DNA of 60,027 nucleotides, taken from assembly GCA_964585315.1 (NCBI GenBank), contig CAZPDE010000001.1, forward strand, positions 1 through 60,027. The letters are read 5' to 3'. The position numbers were made by a program, and so were the translations under genes. Shown here piece after piece: positions 17,479 to 25,542 of the stretch. Numbering within the stretch: the first letter of the stretch is position 1; each line of letters starts with the position of its first letter. Below the pieces are notes generated by a model that saw only the letters and a list, made by a program, of their open reading frames with translations, searched no databases and had not been told where the DNA came from. This DNA is from an uncultured Dehalococcoidales bacterium (lineage in GTDB: Bacteria; Chloroflexota; Dehalococcoidia; GIF9; AB-539-J10).

Positions 17479-18768
17479 TTAATCCAGTTCTTTAGCTAAC
17501 TTGCCCTGCAGCGCCCAAGGGCTAGTTTTGCCAACTTTAACCTTCACCAGTTGACCAAGGCGCCAGTAGCTATCTTCAAAGAAGACCAGCTTATTACTCC
17601 TGGTGCGCCCATACCACTTTCCTTTCTTCTTGCCCTCCACCAATACCTCCACTGTCTTGCTCTGAAGCTGCGAGTTTATCTCAGCAGCGATGTGTGTCTG
17701 GAGTTCTTCAACTTTTTTAAGCCTTTCTTTCTTAATCTCTAAAGGCACATTATCTTTATACTTCCGCGAGGCGATAGTGCCAGAGCGAGGAGAGTAAGCT
17801 GCCACATGAACGACATCAAACCTTATTTCTTTGAGCAAAGAAAAGGTATTCTCAAATTGCTCCTCCGTTTCTCCAGGAAAGCCAACGATAACATCAGTGC
17901 TTAGAGATATTTCATGGATATGGCTCCGAACAGTATGGATAAGCTCACGGTATTGTTCCACGGTGTACCCTCGTCTCATAACCTTTAACATATCATCATC
18001 GCCCGCCTGAACAGCTAACTCCAGGTGTTCACAAACCTTATCCAGAGAAGCTACAGCTTTAACCAGCCTCAGGCTCATATCTTTAGGATGATTCGTCAGG
18101 AAGCGAATTCTGACTAAGCTATCCATGCCATTTAGCCTAGCCAGCAAATCAGCTAAATCAGGTTTCCCTGGCAAATCATGTCCATAGGAATCAACATTCT
18201 GCCCCAACAAAGTTACTTCCATTACACCCCGCCTCACCATTTCCTCAATCTCGCAGACTATCTCCTCCACAGGGCGACTTATCTCCCTGCCTCTCCTATA
18301 TGGAACAATACAATAAGAGCAGAAATTATCACAGCCCTGGATAATGGGAACAAAGGCAGATGTGGAAGGAATCTCCCAGCTGACTGCTGACTGCTGACTG
18401 CTGGCTGATGGGTGAATACCCTGCCCTTTAGCCCAGTCGATTAACTCGTGGTAAGCTCCGGGCTTAAAGAAAAAATCAACCTGGGAAAATCGCCCCTTCA
18501 ACCCTTCAATATCGGAATCGACAAAACAGCCAGTTACCAGTATAAAGAGATTTGGGCGTTTCCTTTTCAAGCCTTTTAACAGCTCCAGAGTGCCCAAGAC
18601 TTTGTCCTCGGCACTCTGCCTCACCACACAGGTATTAAGCACTATTAAATCGGCTTCTCGAAAGGAAGTCGCAGCTTGATAGCCAGCAGAATCCAAATAG
18701 CCAGCTATCCGCAATGATTCCGCCTTATTCATCTGGCAGCCTATAGTCCAAATGGAATAGCGAGGCAT
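17479..18768 (-). CDS. miaB: tRNA methylthiotransferase MiaB
   Basis: 429 aa with IWTIGCQMNKAES (UPF0004 domain), radical SAM CDNFCSYC and a TRAM-like C-terminus. Confidence 0.88.
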   Translation of the reverse strand: MPRYSIWTIGCQMNKAESLRIAGYLDSAGYQAATSFREADLIVLNTCVVRQSAEDKVLGTLELLKGLKRKRPNLFILVTGCFVDSDIEGLKGRFSQVDFFFKPGAYHELIDWAKGQGIHPSASSQQSAVSWEIPSTSAFVPIIQGCDNFCSYCIVPYRRGREISRPVEEIVCEIEEMVRRGVMEVTLLGQNVDSYGHDLPGKPDLADLLARLNGMDSLVRIRFLTNHPKDMSLRLVKAVASLDKVCEHLELAVQAGDDDMLKVMRRGYTVEQYRELIHTVRSHIHEISLSTDVIVGFPGETEEQFENTFSLLKEIRFDVVHVAAYSPRSGTIASRKYKDNVPLEIKKERLKKVEELQTHIAAEINSQLQSKTVEVLVEGKKKGKWYGRTRSNKLVFFEDSYWRLGQLVKVKVGKTSPWALQGKLAKELD

Positions 18769-18784
18769 TATGATAGTATTACTC

Positions 18785-19561
18785 CTATGCCAGATTGGTT
18801 GTCAGACCTCCATCGATAACCAAAGTCTGACCGGTTACATAAGATGAGGCATCAGATGCCAGATAAATAACCGCACCAACGATATCCTCAGGCTGTCCCA
18901 GCCGACCTAGCGGGGTAAGAGCAAGCCTCTCCTGCATCCTCTCTTTGGGCATATCCTTTTGCACTTGTAATATCCCTGTGGTAGCAATGTAACCTGGAGC
19001 AATAGCGTTAACTCGGATGTTATAAGGAGCCAAGTCGACCGACAATGTCTTAGTAAGGTTGATAATTCCAGCTTTAGCTGCTCCATAGGCAATATTATCA
19101 AGATAAGCCCTGAGACCTGCTATCGAGGCAATGCTAACGATGTTGCCTTTCTTTTGTTCTATCATCACTTTGGCTGCTGCTTTGGAGCACAAGAATACGC
19201 TCTTAAGATTTTCACGAACGATGGCATCCCAGCCACCCTCGCTTAACTCCATTGCAGAGGCGGTAAAGCTGCCCCCGGCATTGTTAACCAGAATATCAAT
19301 TCTTCCAAATTTGGCCATTGCTTTCTCTACCAAATTAGTCACTTGGTCGCTGAGGCGCACATCGGCAGGCACAGCTAAAGCCTTCCTGCCTTTGGCAATA
19401 ACTTCATTGGCAGTAATCTCAATGTCACTAGCAGTCCGAGCAGCGATTACAACATCAGCTCCAGCATCAGCTAAGCCCAGAGCTATAGCTTTCCCAATTC
19501 CACGGCCAGCCCCAGTTACAATAGCCACCTTACCCGCTAAGCTAAACAAAGATAAGCTCAC
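18785..19561 (-). CDS. Short-chain dehydrogenase/reductase (FabG-like)
   Basis: 258 aa with TGAGRGIGKAIA, NNAG and YGAAK. GTG start is preceded by aaggagg. Confidence 0.88.
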   Translation of the reverse strand: MSLSLFSLAGKVAIVTGAGRGIGKAIALGLADAGADVVIAARTASDIEITANEVIAKGRKALAVPADVRLSDQVTNLVEKAMAKFGRIDILVNNAGGSFTASAMELSEGGWDAIVRENLKSVFLCSKAAAKVMIEQKKGNIVSIASIAGLRAYLDNIAYGAAKAGIINLTKTLSVDLAPYNIRVNAIAPGYIATTGILQVQKDMPKERMQERLALTPLGRLGQPEDIVGAVIYLASDASSYVTGQTLVIDGGLTTNLA

Positions 19562-19571
19562 CTTTTACCTC

Positions 19572-19662
19572 CTTAAATTTTGACTTCCCGTTCAATTTTA
19601 GGCATTTTAGGGATATTTCACCCACCAATTAAATCCTAAACTCTAATTTCTAAACTCTAAAC
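19572..19662 (-). repeat. Family D copy D3, directly upstream of the SDR gene start
   Basis: The reverse complement reads gtttagagtttagaaattagagtttaggatttaattggtgggtgaaatatccctaaaatgcctaaaattgaacgggaagtcaaaattt, followed by aaggaggtaaaagGTG. Confidence 0.85.
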
Positions 19663-19915
19663 AAATCTCTTTGAAATGTAAAAGGCAAAAATAAAAATGC
19701 AAAATGACAGAGCCAAACTAAATAAAAGATTAAAATGCAAAATGAAAAAATACAAGGCAAAGGTAAAAATTTTTGAGTTTTGATTTGTAATTTTAAGTTT
19801 TGATTCTTGAATTTTGATTTTAGTTGAGTTGTCATTTTGACTTTTGACCTTTGATTTTTAATTTTCTTTTAGTATTTCTAATCAATTGGATAAATACATT
19901 TTTAAACAGCCTTTG
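19663..19915. repeat. Family C AT-rich module block
   Basis: It contains the cattttgcattttt unit (reverse complement of 19675-19765 matches 48990-49075) and the gtcattttgacttttgacctttgattttt unit. Confidence 0.85.
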
Positions 19916-19957
19916 TATAATTATAGTTAAAATATATAATTTAGTGAAACAAAGAGC

Positions 19958-20683
19958 ATGGAAGCTAAGAACCAAGAAGGACATAGGGAAAGGTTACGCG
20001 AGAAGTTCAACCAATCGGGGTTGGCAGCATTCCTCGACTACGAAATTGTGGAGTTGCTGCTAACTTTGGGGACAGCTCGCAAGGATTGCAAACCACAGGC
20101 AAAGGAAGCAATAGAGAGATTCAAAACCTTGAGAGGAGTTTTACAGGCTCCCCCGGAGGAACTGCAGAAAATTAAAGGAATTAGCTCTCATAATACTTTT
20201 GTCATCAAGTTTGTACAGGAGCTAGCCGGAGAGTTCCTCAAGGAACAAATTCTTAATAAACCCTATTGTAAGTCTTCCCAAGAGGTCTTTAACTACCTAT
20301 GCCACTCTATGCGAGACCTTAAGAAGGAGACCTTCAAAGTTATGTTCCTCAATGCCCAAAATCAGATTATCGAGGTGGAGAGCCTCTTTGAAGGAACATT
20401 AAATACCAGTGCTGTCTATGCCCGAGAAATTATTGAAAGGTCTATCAGGCATAATGCCGCCGCCCTGATTTTCGCCCACAACCACCCTTCAGGAAATCCC
20501 GCGCCCAGCGACAACGATAAACAAATAACTCAGGATTTAGTCTTCGCTGCCAACACTATGCAGATGAAGGTCTTAGACCACATCATTATAGGCGATAATA
20601 GCTATTTCAGCTTTGCCGACGAAGGGCTGATTGAGGAATACAACCTGAGCTCCTTAAACCTCAGAAGAGGAGGAAGTGCTTGA
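19958..20683 (+). CDS. radC: RadC-family JAB-domain protein
   Basis: 241 aa with HRERLREKF at the N-terminus and the JAMM motif AHNHPSGNPAPSDND. Confidence 0.9.
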   Translation: MEAKNQEGHRERLREKFNQSGLAAFLDYEIVELLLTLGTARKDCKPQAKEAIERFKTLRGVLQAPPEELQKIKGISSHNTFVIKFVQELAGEFLKEQILNKPYCKSSQEVFNYLCHSMRDLKKETFKVMFLNAQNQIIEVESLFEGTLNTSAVYAREIIERSIRHNAAALIFAHNHPSGNPAPSDNDKQITQDLVFAANTMQMKVLDHIIIGDNSYFSFADEGLIEEYNLSSLNLRRGGSA

Positions 20684-20694
20684 GACAACCATTC

Positions 20695-21054
20695 CTATCT
20701 TAGTCTATCAACAAGGTCTTTTTTGGGAATATTATTCCAGAGGCTCACTCTGGTAAGGATGTCATTTAGAGTCCCTTTGGCTAAAATCTTATATCTAGGC
20801 ACAGTGATAATATGCTCACCCAAAGGTGTGACCTTTCCCAGTCTAACGTAGCTCCCTCGTTGTCTAATGACTTCATACCCTAAATGTTGAAGGAGTTTAT
20901 AGTCAATTGCAAAATTCCTTATAATTCTCCCTCCCCTTGCGGGAGGGAGTTAGATGGAGGGGGAATTCACCCTCACCTTAATCCTCTCCCATCAAGGGAG
21001 AGGAATTTTATACGAGATTATGCGGTTAACTATAATTACATTAGCACCGCTCAC
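20695..21054 (-). pseudogene. hicA: HicA-like toxin gene split by a 99-nt hairpin MITE
   Basis: My minus-strand translation of 20695-20910 gives ...AIDYKLLQHLGYEVIRQRGSYVRLGKVTPLGEHIITVPRYKILAKGTLNDILTRVSLWNNIPKKDLVDRLR*. The same frame upstream of the MITE runs from GTG at 21054. Inside the MITE this frame hits tga and taa. Confidence 0.55.
20911..21009. repeat. Family B hairpin MITE (B1) with 9-nt terminal inverted repeats, inserted in hicA
   Basis: aaaattcct...aggaatttt termini. Internal hairpins are ctccctcc-ccttgcg-ggagggag and cctctccc-atca-agggagagg. Confidence 0.85.
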
Positions 21055-21292
21055 TTGCGGAAGCTTTGGCATTTGCTAGTTTTGCTTCGGATAGAGTCAA
21101 GTTTGTCTCTCCATAATGAATGGATACTGCTTCTTTAATATTTTGGTATAAATCATCCAAAGTATCGCCTTGAGTGAATATATCCTCTCCTATCCCTCGG
21201 GCACACCAAAATTCACCATCAAAATAAGTTTCTATCTTTACTAACATATTTACCTCTGCCTGAAACTTAACCTCATTATACCGGAAACCCAA
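21041..21292 (-). CDS. hicB: HicB-like antitoxin (probable start MLVKIETYFDGEFW at 21247)
   Basis: KIETYFDGEFWCARGIGEDIFTQGDTLDDLYQNIKEAV resembles the HicB N-terminal domain. It lies adjacent to the hicA remnant. Confidence 0.6.
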   Translation of the reverse strand: MGFRYNEVKFQAEVNMLVKIETYFDGEFWCARGIGEDIFTQGDTLDDLYQNIKEAVSIHYGETNLTLSEAKLANAKASASERC

Positions 21293-21334
21293 AATTTGGC
21301 TTGCCCTATTTCAACAACGCCTAAGTTCAGGTCA

Positions 21335-21402
21335 TTTTGTATCTGCCAGGTTCAGAAGGGGCAAAACTGCTCCCTAAGAAGGAAAGATTCTGAACTTTTA
21401 TA
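21335..21402 (+). repeat. Family G repeat, left copy, upstream of the YaaA-like gene
   Basis: attttgtatctgcca-GGTTCAGAA-ggggcaaaactgctccctaagaaggaaaga-TTCTGAAC-ttttataga. Confidence 0.6.
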
Positions 21403-21577
21403 GATGTGTGGTTTGTTGCCCATACTACTTCAGCAGGTTCAACGATATCCTTTCACGCCGATGACCCACCGCAAAGACGGTAACTACGCACATAAGAAGA
21501 AAACCCGCTCCTTGATATAATGTGCAAGCTGAAATATAATAACCCCTGAAATACGTCGTGGGGGAAGTAACCATACA

Positions 21578-22318
21578 ATGAGCTGTCCAGATGTTAAACA
21601 AAGACAAGGAACCCTATTCATTGTTACTTGTAGCGGAAGCAAATCTCAAAAGTCGGAGTTGGATTGGCATTGGTTTGATATCACCGCCGACAATCGCTAT
21701 TCCGGCTTTCAAGAATTTACCCCATTGCGAAGGGAACTATCAAGCTTCTATTCAAAGATTGAAAACCTTGAATACGCCCAAAAGGTGTATATAGGTTATA
21801 AGAGTCAGCAACCTAGCCGATTTAAGAAGGCATGGCAGACCAATAAGGCACTACCAATTTCACCTGCATGCCGCGCTATCTACCGCTACACAGGGCAGCT
21901 ATATCAAGAACTTGAACCATACATCAAGGATCTTCTAGCAGAAGGTATTATCCCAAATGTTCTTATCATTTCTGCTTTACATGGGCCAACTCTCCCCACT
22001 GATTATCTGCCTGACTATAACCTCACCATGAAAGATTACTACAAACACCCTTCTCAAGGGGGAAAGCACATTGGAGAGCTATGGCCCCGTTGGATTAGGG
22101 AATATGCCGGTGAGGCATTTAAAGCTTATCTTCAACAGTTTGATACTCTTCATATCATGACTGGCAAGGATTACAAAGCCACAGCCCAGGCTGTGAGAGA
22201 CTTAATGCCCTCGCTTAGGCACTGCTCTGAATCGCCCTCCTGTGGGAGTCAATCGAATAGGCAGTGGGGCACAGAACTTAATCACATTCTTTCGAACATG
22301 CAAGGAACCAAACGCTAG
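21578..22318 (+). CDS. Hypothetical protein with weak YaaA/DUF328-like motifs
   Basis: 246 aa. AIYRYTGQLYQEL and VLIISALHGPTLPTDYLPDYNLTM resemble the YaaA blocks (F.GDVYTGL; LSGLYGVLRPLD..PYRLEM). This is motif-level similarity only. Confidence 0.5.
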   Translation: MSCPDVKQRQGTLFIVTCSGSKSQKSELDWHWFDITADNRYSGFQEFTPLRRELSSFYSKIENLEYAQKVYIGYKSQQPSRFKKAWQTNKALPISPACRAIYRYTGQLYQELEPYIKDLLAEGIIPNVLIISALHGPTLPTDYLPDYNLTMKDYYKHPSQGGKHIGELWPRWIREYAGEAFKAYLQQFDTLHIMTGKDYKATAQAVRDLMPSLRHCSESPSCGSQSNRQWGTELNHILSNMQGTKR

Positions 22319-22406
22319 GCAAAGGGAACTTCTTGCGGAAGTTATGCCATAGTGTTCGAACTACAAGTACTTCGCTCTTGGGTAGTTTACAATTAGAAGT
22401 TTGGGC

Positions 22407-22476
22407 AATTTTCTATCTGCCAAATTTGGAAAAGGCGAGTTTACTCCCTGATCAAGATTCGAAATCATTCTATATG
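22407..22476 (+). repeat. Family G repeat, right copy, downstream of the YaaA-like gene
   Basis: aattttctatctgcca-AATTTGGAA-aaggcgagtttactccctgatcaaga-TTCGAAAT-cattctatatg. Confidence 0.6.
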
Positions 22477-22481
22477 CCCTC

Positions 22482-22715
22482 TTAGCTCTCGATAACCTCC
22501 TTGGTGCTTGGCACTCTGCCAATAATTCGCTCGTTAATGCGGGTAGCTGAATCTAAGGCTCGCCCTAAAGCTTTAAATAAGGCTTCAGCTTTGTGGTGGT
22601 CGTTAATGCCGCTGATTACTTTGGCATGGAGGTTAATTTTGGCTTCAGAGGCGAAAGAAACTAAGAAGTGGCGGACTAAATCTTCAGTCGTGTCCTGTAA
22701 GAATATTCTCGTCAT
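22482..22715 (-). pseudogene. Orphan 3' fragment of hisB (diverged duplicate of 24852-25085)
   Basis: The fragment reads [66 protein letters not shown]. Full HisB reads ...[66 protein letters not shown]. Confidence 0.85.
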
Positions 22716-22718
22716 GGT

Positions 22719-23066
22719 TTACTCGCCTAAGTCTTTCAACACACTTTGAATCAATGGTTTAAGTGACGGAATATCCTCTTTCGCAGTCTTCTATACCACC
22801 TTTAAGTCTACTCCAAAATACTCATGAATAACCTTATCTCGCATACTAGCCATATCTTTCCAAGGGATCTCTGGATATCTACCTCTGATTGATTTCGGAA
22901 TGTTCTTCGTCGCTTCACCAATAATCTCAATTCATCTTACCACAGCGAAAATCGTTTTTCTGTCTCTGGTAAAATCTTCGAATTTCATCCCTTTTATAAA
23001 TTCTTCAATAGCATTTATGGAATCCAAAACATCCTCGACATAATCACCATGTTCCCGATTTTTCAT
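22719..23066 (-). pseudogene. hepT: HepT (HEPN/DUF86) toxin gene with two in-frame nonsense codons
   Basis: My translation gives [116 protein letters not shown] is at 22932-22934 and TAG at 22791-22793. Its ATGA start/stop overlaps mntA. Confidence 0.8.
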
Positions 23067-23374
23067 ATGTATTTCACTTCCTCCAGGATGTGTCTACCTA
23101 TCCTTGGTTTTAATGCAGTTTTCATAACCAAGTCCACTTTTCCACCTACAAGCTCAGCTAAATATCTCTCCAAATCCATAAATTTAAAAAGCCCGATAGT
23201 CTCTTCAAACTCCACCAAAATATCCACATCGCTCCTTCCCCTTTGCTCACCTCTAACATACGAGCCAAATATCCCTATTTCTTTTACCTTATATCTTTGC
23301 TTTAGCTCCTGCTTATGCTCTGCCAAGGTATTTTTTATCTCATCAAGCGTTTTCATATTCCAATTCGAGCTCAT
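23063..23374 (-). CDS. mntA: MntA-type nucleotidyltransferase antitoxin
   Basis: GIFGSYVRGEQRGRSDVDILVEF is the minimal nucleotidyltransferase GS..RGE...DxD motif. Confidence 0.85.
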   Translation of the reverse strand: MSSNWNMKTLDEIKNTLAEHKQELKQRYKVKEIGIFGSYVRGEQRGRSDVDILVEFEETIGLFKFMDLERYLAELVGGKVDLVMKTALKPRIGRHILEEVKYI

Positions 23375-23512
23375 TATAACAAAAAGAGCAAATTCGGGGG
23401 CTTTACTTCGAGAGGGTCTCGATTCAGGCGATTTTATATCGGGGCTGGCTCAGACAAGGCAAAATTGCTCGGAGCTCTTTGCATAGATAGAGCCTTTGAA
23501 GTGATATTTGCT

Positions 23513-23911
23513 TTACTCCTCAAAGTCAACCCATCCCTTCCTTTCATCAAAGGTGATGCGAAATTCATCAAATATATCCATTCTTCCCATCAACATAGGA
23601 ACTCCTTCCACCAATGCCTATGCTATCCTTATTCTCAACTTTTTACCGTCCAATATTAAGATAGCATTCTTGAGGATGTAGGGAATACCTATCCCTGAAA
23701 CACCCCTGAGTTCTTGAATGGTATCTTTTTCTTCCTGCTTAAAACCAAGAGCTTCGCCAAAATGTAAGGGTATCATGGAAACATCGGCGCCGGAGTCTAT
23801 GTACATGGGCACTCTCACACTAAACCCATCTTTTTGTAAAATAACCTCAGCCACTGGACGAAGAACTTTTCCTAAGCTACTTCTTTCCTCTCTGAACCTA
23901 TGGCGTATCAT
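23513..23911 (-). pseudogene. Retropepsin-like aspartic protease with an in-frame TAG at codon 98
   Basis: The track ORF (97 aa) contains YIDSGADVSMIP, the D-S-G-A active-site motif. Past the TAG at 23618-23620 the same frame continues ALVEGVPMLMGRMDIFDEFRITFDERKGWVDFEE*, which is the expected C-terminal part of the fold. Confidence 0.65.
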
Positions 23912-24435
23912 AGGACTAGTATCCTTTCATCAGGAACTTTCGCCACAAAAGGTATTTCACGCGGATATTCTCGCTTCACCCTTTCAAGCATATCTTTAAT
24001 ATCTTCGCCTCTCGCTACCTCCTCCCCTTTCACAATGACCACATACTTGTTCTCCAGACCTCTCTTGTCAAGTCTAAGATACGCCTCGAAATCCCTGCTC
24101 ATGTCTTTTTCCTTCTTCTCAGCAAGCCATTCCGCTGGTAAATATGCCCAGCCTCCGCTCCCACCTTTGCCAGATTCAATAGCAAGTTTGTTAAGTGAGT
24201 TGCACGGCACTTTTACACCCCAAGGATTCCCCTTTCTCGTTGTCCTCCGTTCCGGAGTTAGCAATGGAAGAAGCCTTTTTGCTTCAACTTCACACCTCAA
24301 CCTGGTGTCCTTCTGGATGAAAACCATTGATTCTGCTTGCTCAAGGAGCGTACGACGAGCAAGACCAATATCCCACCAATATAAGAAACGCCCATCATGG
24401 CGCTCTGATTCAGCTACAGTTTTGGCTCGTGCCAT
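23908..24435 (-). CDS. Hypothetical protein with DUF5678-like C-terminal domain (alternative start MSRDFEAYL at 24102)
   Basis: The C-terminus is FEAYLRLDKRGLENKYVVIVKGEEVARGEDIKDMLERVKREYPREIPFVAKVP. It has a 4-nt ATGA overlap with the protease gene. Confidence 0.5.
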   Translation of the reverse strand: MARAKTVAESERHDGRFLYWWDIGLARRTLLEQAESMVFIQKDTRLRCEVEAKRLLPLLTPERRTTRKGNPWGVKVPCNSLNKLAIESGKGGSGGWAYLPAEWLAEKKEKDMSRDFEAYLRLDKRGLENKYVVIVKGEEVARGEDIKDMLERVKREYPREIPFVAKVPDERILVL

Positions 24436-24571
24436 CTTTCCCTCCTATAATAGCCGTATAAAGATTTAGTAAATTCTAAGGCTTTGAATAGGCTTCAGCT
24501 TTAACATACATGGACTTATTGCCTTAGAGATATAGTATATTCACACTCCACTGTATCATCATAGCACTCAT

Positions 24572-24832
24572 TTAATTGTAGAAACAAACAGTAATAGTTG
24601 GAGTCAAATGGGGTAAACACAAGAAGGCACTCCCAATAGGTGCCGACCCTTCGCATAGCGCCGATATCCCAGTAATCGGACGATTCACCATAAGACTTAC
24701 CGCGGGTTGGGGCTCCAGCCAAAAACTCTCCTCAAGAACAACTGGAGGGTTCTTTGCGCACCCACTTGCTATTGGTGTCAGCAGCAGAATTGTCACTAAG
24801 ATGATAATTACTCTTCCATTTGCCTTGCCCAT
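24572..24832 (-). CDS. Small putative lipoprotein
   Basis: An internal Met gives MGKANGRVIIILVTILLLTPIASGCAKNPP, a signal peptide plus lipobox IASGC. The longer track ORF would overlap hisB. Confidence 0.4.
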   Translation of the reverse strand: MGKANGRVIIILVTILLLTPIASGCAKNPPVVLEESFWLEPQPAVSLMVNRPITGISALCEGSAPIGSAFLCLPHLTPTITVCFYN

Positions 24833-24851
24833 TTTACCATCTTGCTCCCCC

Positions 24852-25442
24852 CTATCCCTCGATAATCTCCTTGGTGCTGGGGACTCTGCCCAGAATCCGC
24901 TCGTCAATGTGGGTGGCTGAGTCCAATGCTCGCCCTAAAGCTTTGAATAAGGCTTCGGCTTTGTGGTGGTCGTTGATGCCAACGAGCACTTTGGCATGGA
25001 GGTTGATTTTGGCTTCAGAGGCGAAGGAAACTAAGAAGTGACGGACTAAATCAGCACATAAGTCGCCTATATTAGCACTGCTGAAGGCTGCCTCGACTAC
25101 GCTATAAGCTCTACCACATATATCTACTGCTACCGCTGCTAGCGCTTCATCCATGGGCACGACAGCATGCGCCATTCGGGCGATGCCTCGTTTCTCGCCC
25201 AATGCCTGGTTGAAAGCCTTGCCCAATGAAATAGCTACATCCTCGACTATATGATGCTGGTCAGCGCCTGTAGCTGAGATTTTTATGTCGAATATCCCAT
25301 GCTGCGCTAGTTGAGTCAGAAAGTGGTCAAGCATCCTTATCCCGGTGGTAATCTCAAATTGACCACTGCCATCGATGTTTAGCTCTACTTTAACATTTGT
25401 CTCCGCAGTTTCACGAGTTACTGTTGCTTTTCTTTCCGCCAT
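24852..25442 (-). CDS. hisB: Imidazoleglycerol-phosphate dehydratase
   Basis: 196 aa with RETAETNVKVELNIDGSG, MLDHFL, DQHHIVEDVAI and [13 protein letters not shown]. Confidence 0.95.
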   Translation of the reverse strand: MAERKATVTRETAETNVKVELNIDGSGQFEITTGIRMLDHFLTQLAQHGIFDIKISATGADQHHIVEDVAISLGKAFNQALGEKRGIARMAHAVVPMDEALAAVAVDICGRAYSVVEAAFSSANIGDLCADLVRHFLVSFASEAKINLHAKVLVGINDHHKAEALFKALGRALDSATHIDERILGRVPSTKEIIEG

Positions 25443-25508
25443 GTTTAACCTCCATAATATTTTATTTCACCCTTACCTTTCATTAAGCCTGATAAATCAA
25501 GCAACTAC

Positions 25509-25538
25509 AATCCTCTCCTCTCAAGGGAGAGGGAAAAT
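25509..25538. repeat. Family B hairpin unit (B3) next to A5
   Basis: aatcctctcctctcaagggagagggaaaat, with arms cctctcc/ggagagg. Confidence 0.8.
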
Positions 25539-25542
25539 GGTC

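Noticed and set aside
22482-22715. Considered whether the 77-aa hisB-like ORF is a functional small gene.
   Set aside because: It corresponds only to the C-terminal third of imidazoleglycerol-phosphate dehydratase. It lacks the metal-binding N-terminal motifs, and its ATG is fortuitous.
22719-23911. Considered whether the in-frame TGA/TAG codons in hepT and the retropepsin-like gene reflect stop-codon recoding (selenocysteine, pyrrolysine or an alternative genetic code).
   Set aside because: Both TGA and TAG are affected. One TAG replaces a position that is usually Trp (TGG), which fits simple G-to-A decay. No SECIS-like hairpin is obvious, and all neighbouring genes use standard stops.
23049-24469. 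Considered whether large ORFs on the opposite strand of assigned genes are real. These are 23049..23486, 23900..24469, 5854..6273, 19131..19583, 32477..32788 and 8366..8626.
   Set aside because: They are low-complexity shadow frames of confidently assigned genes on the other strand, with no motifs of their own.
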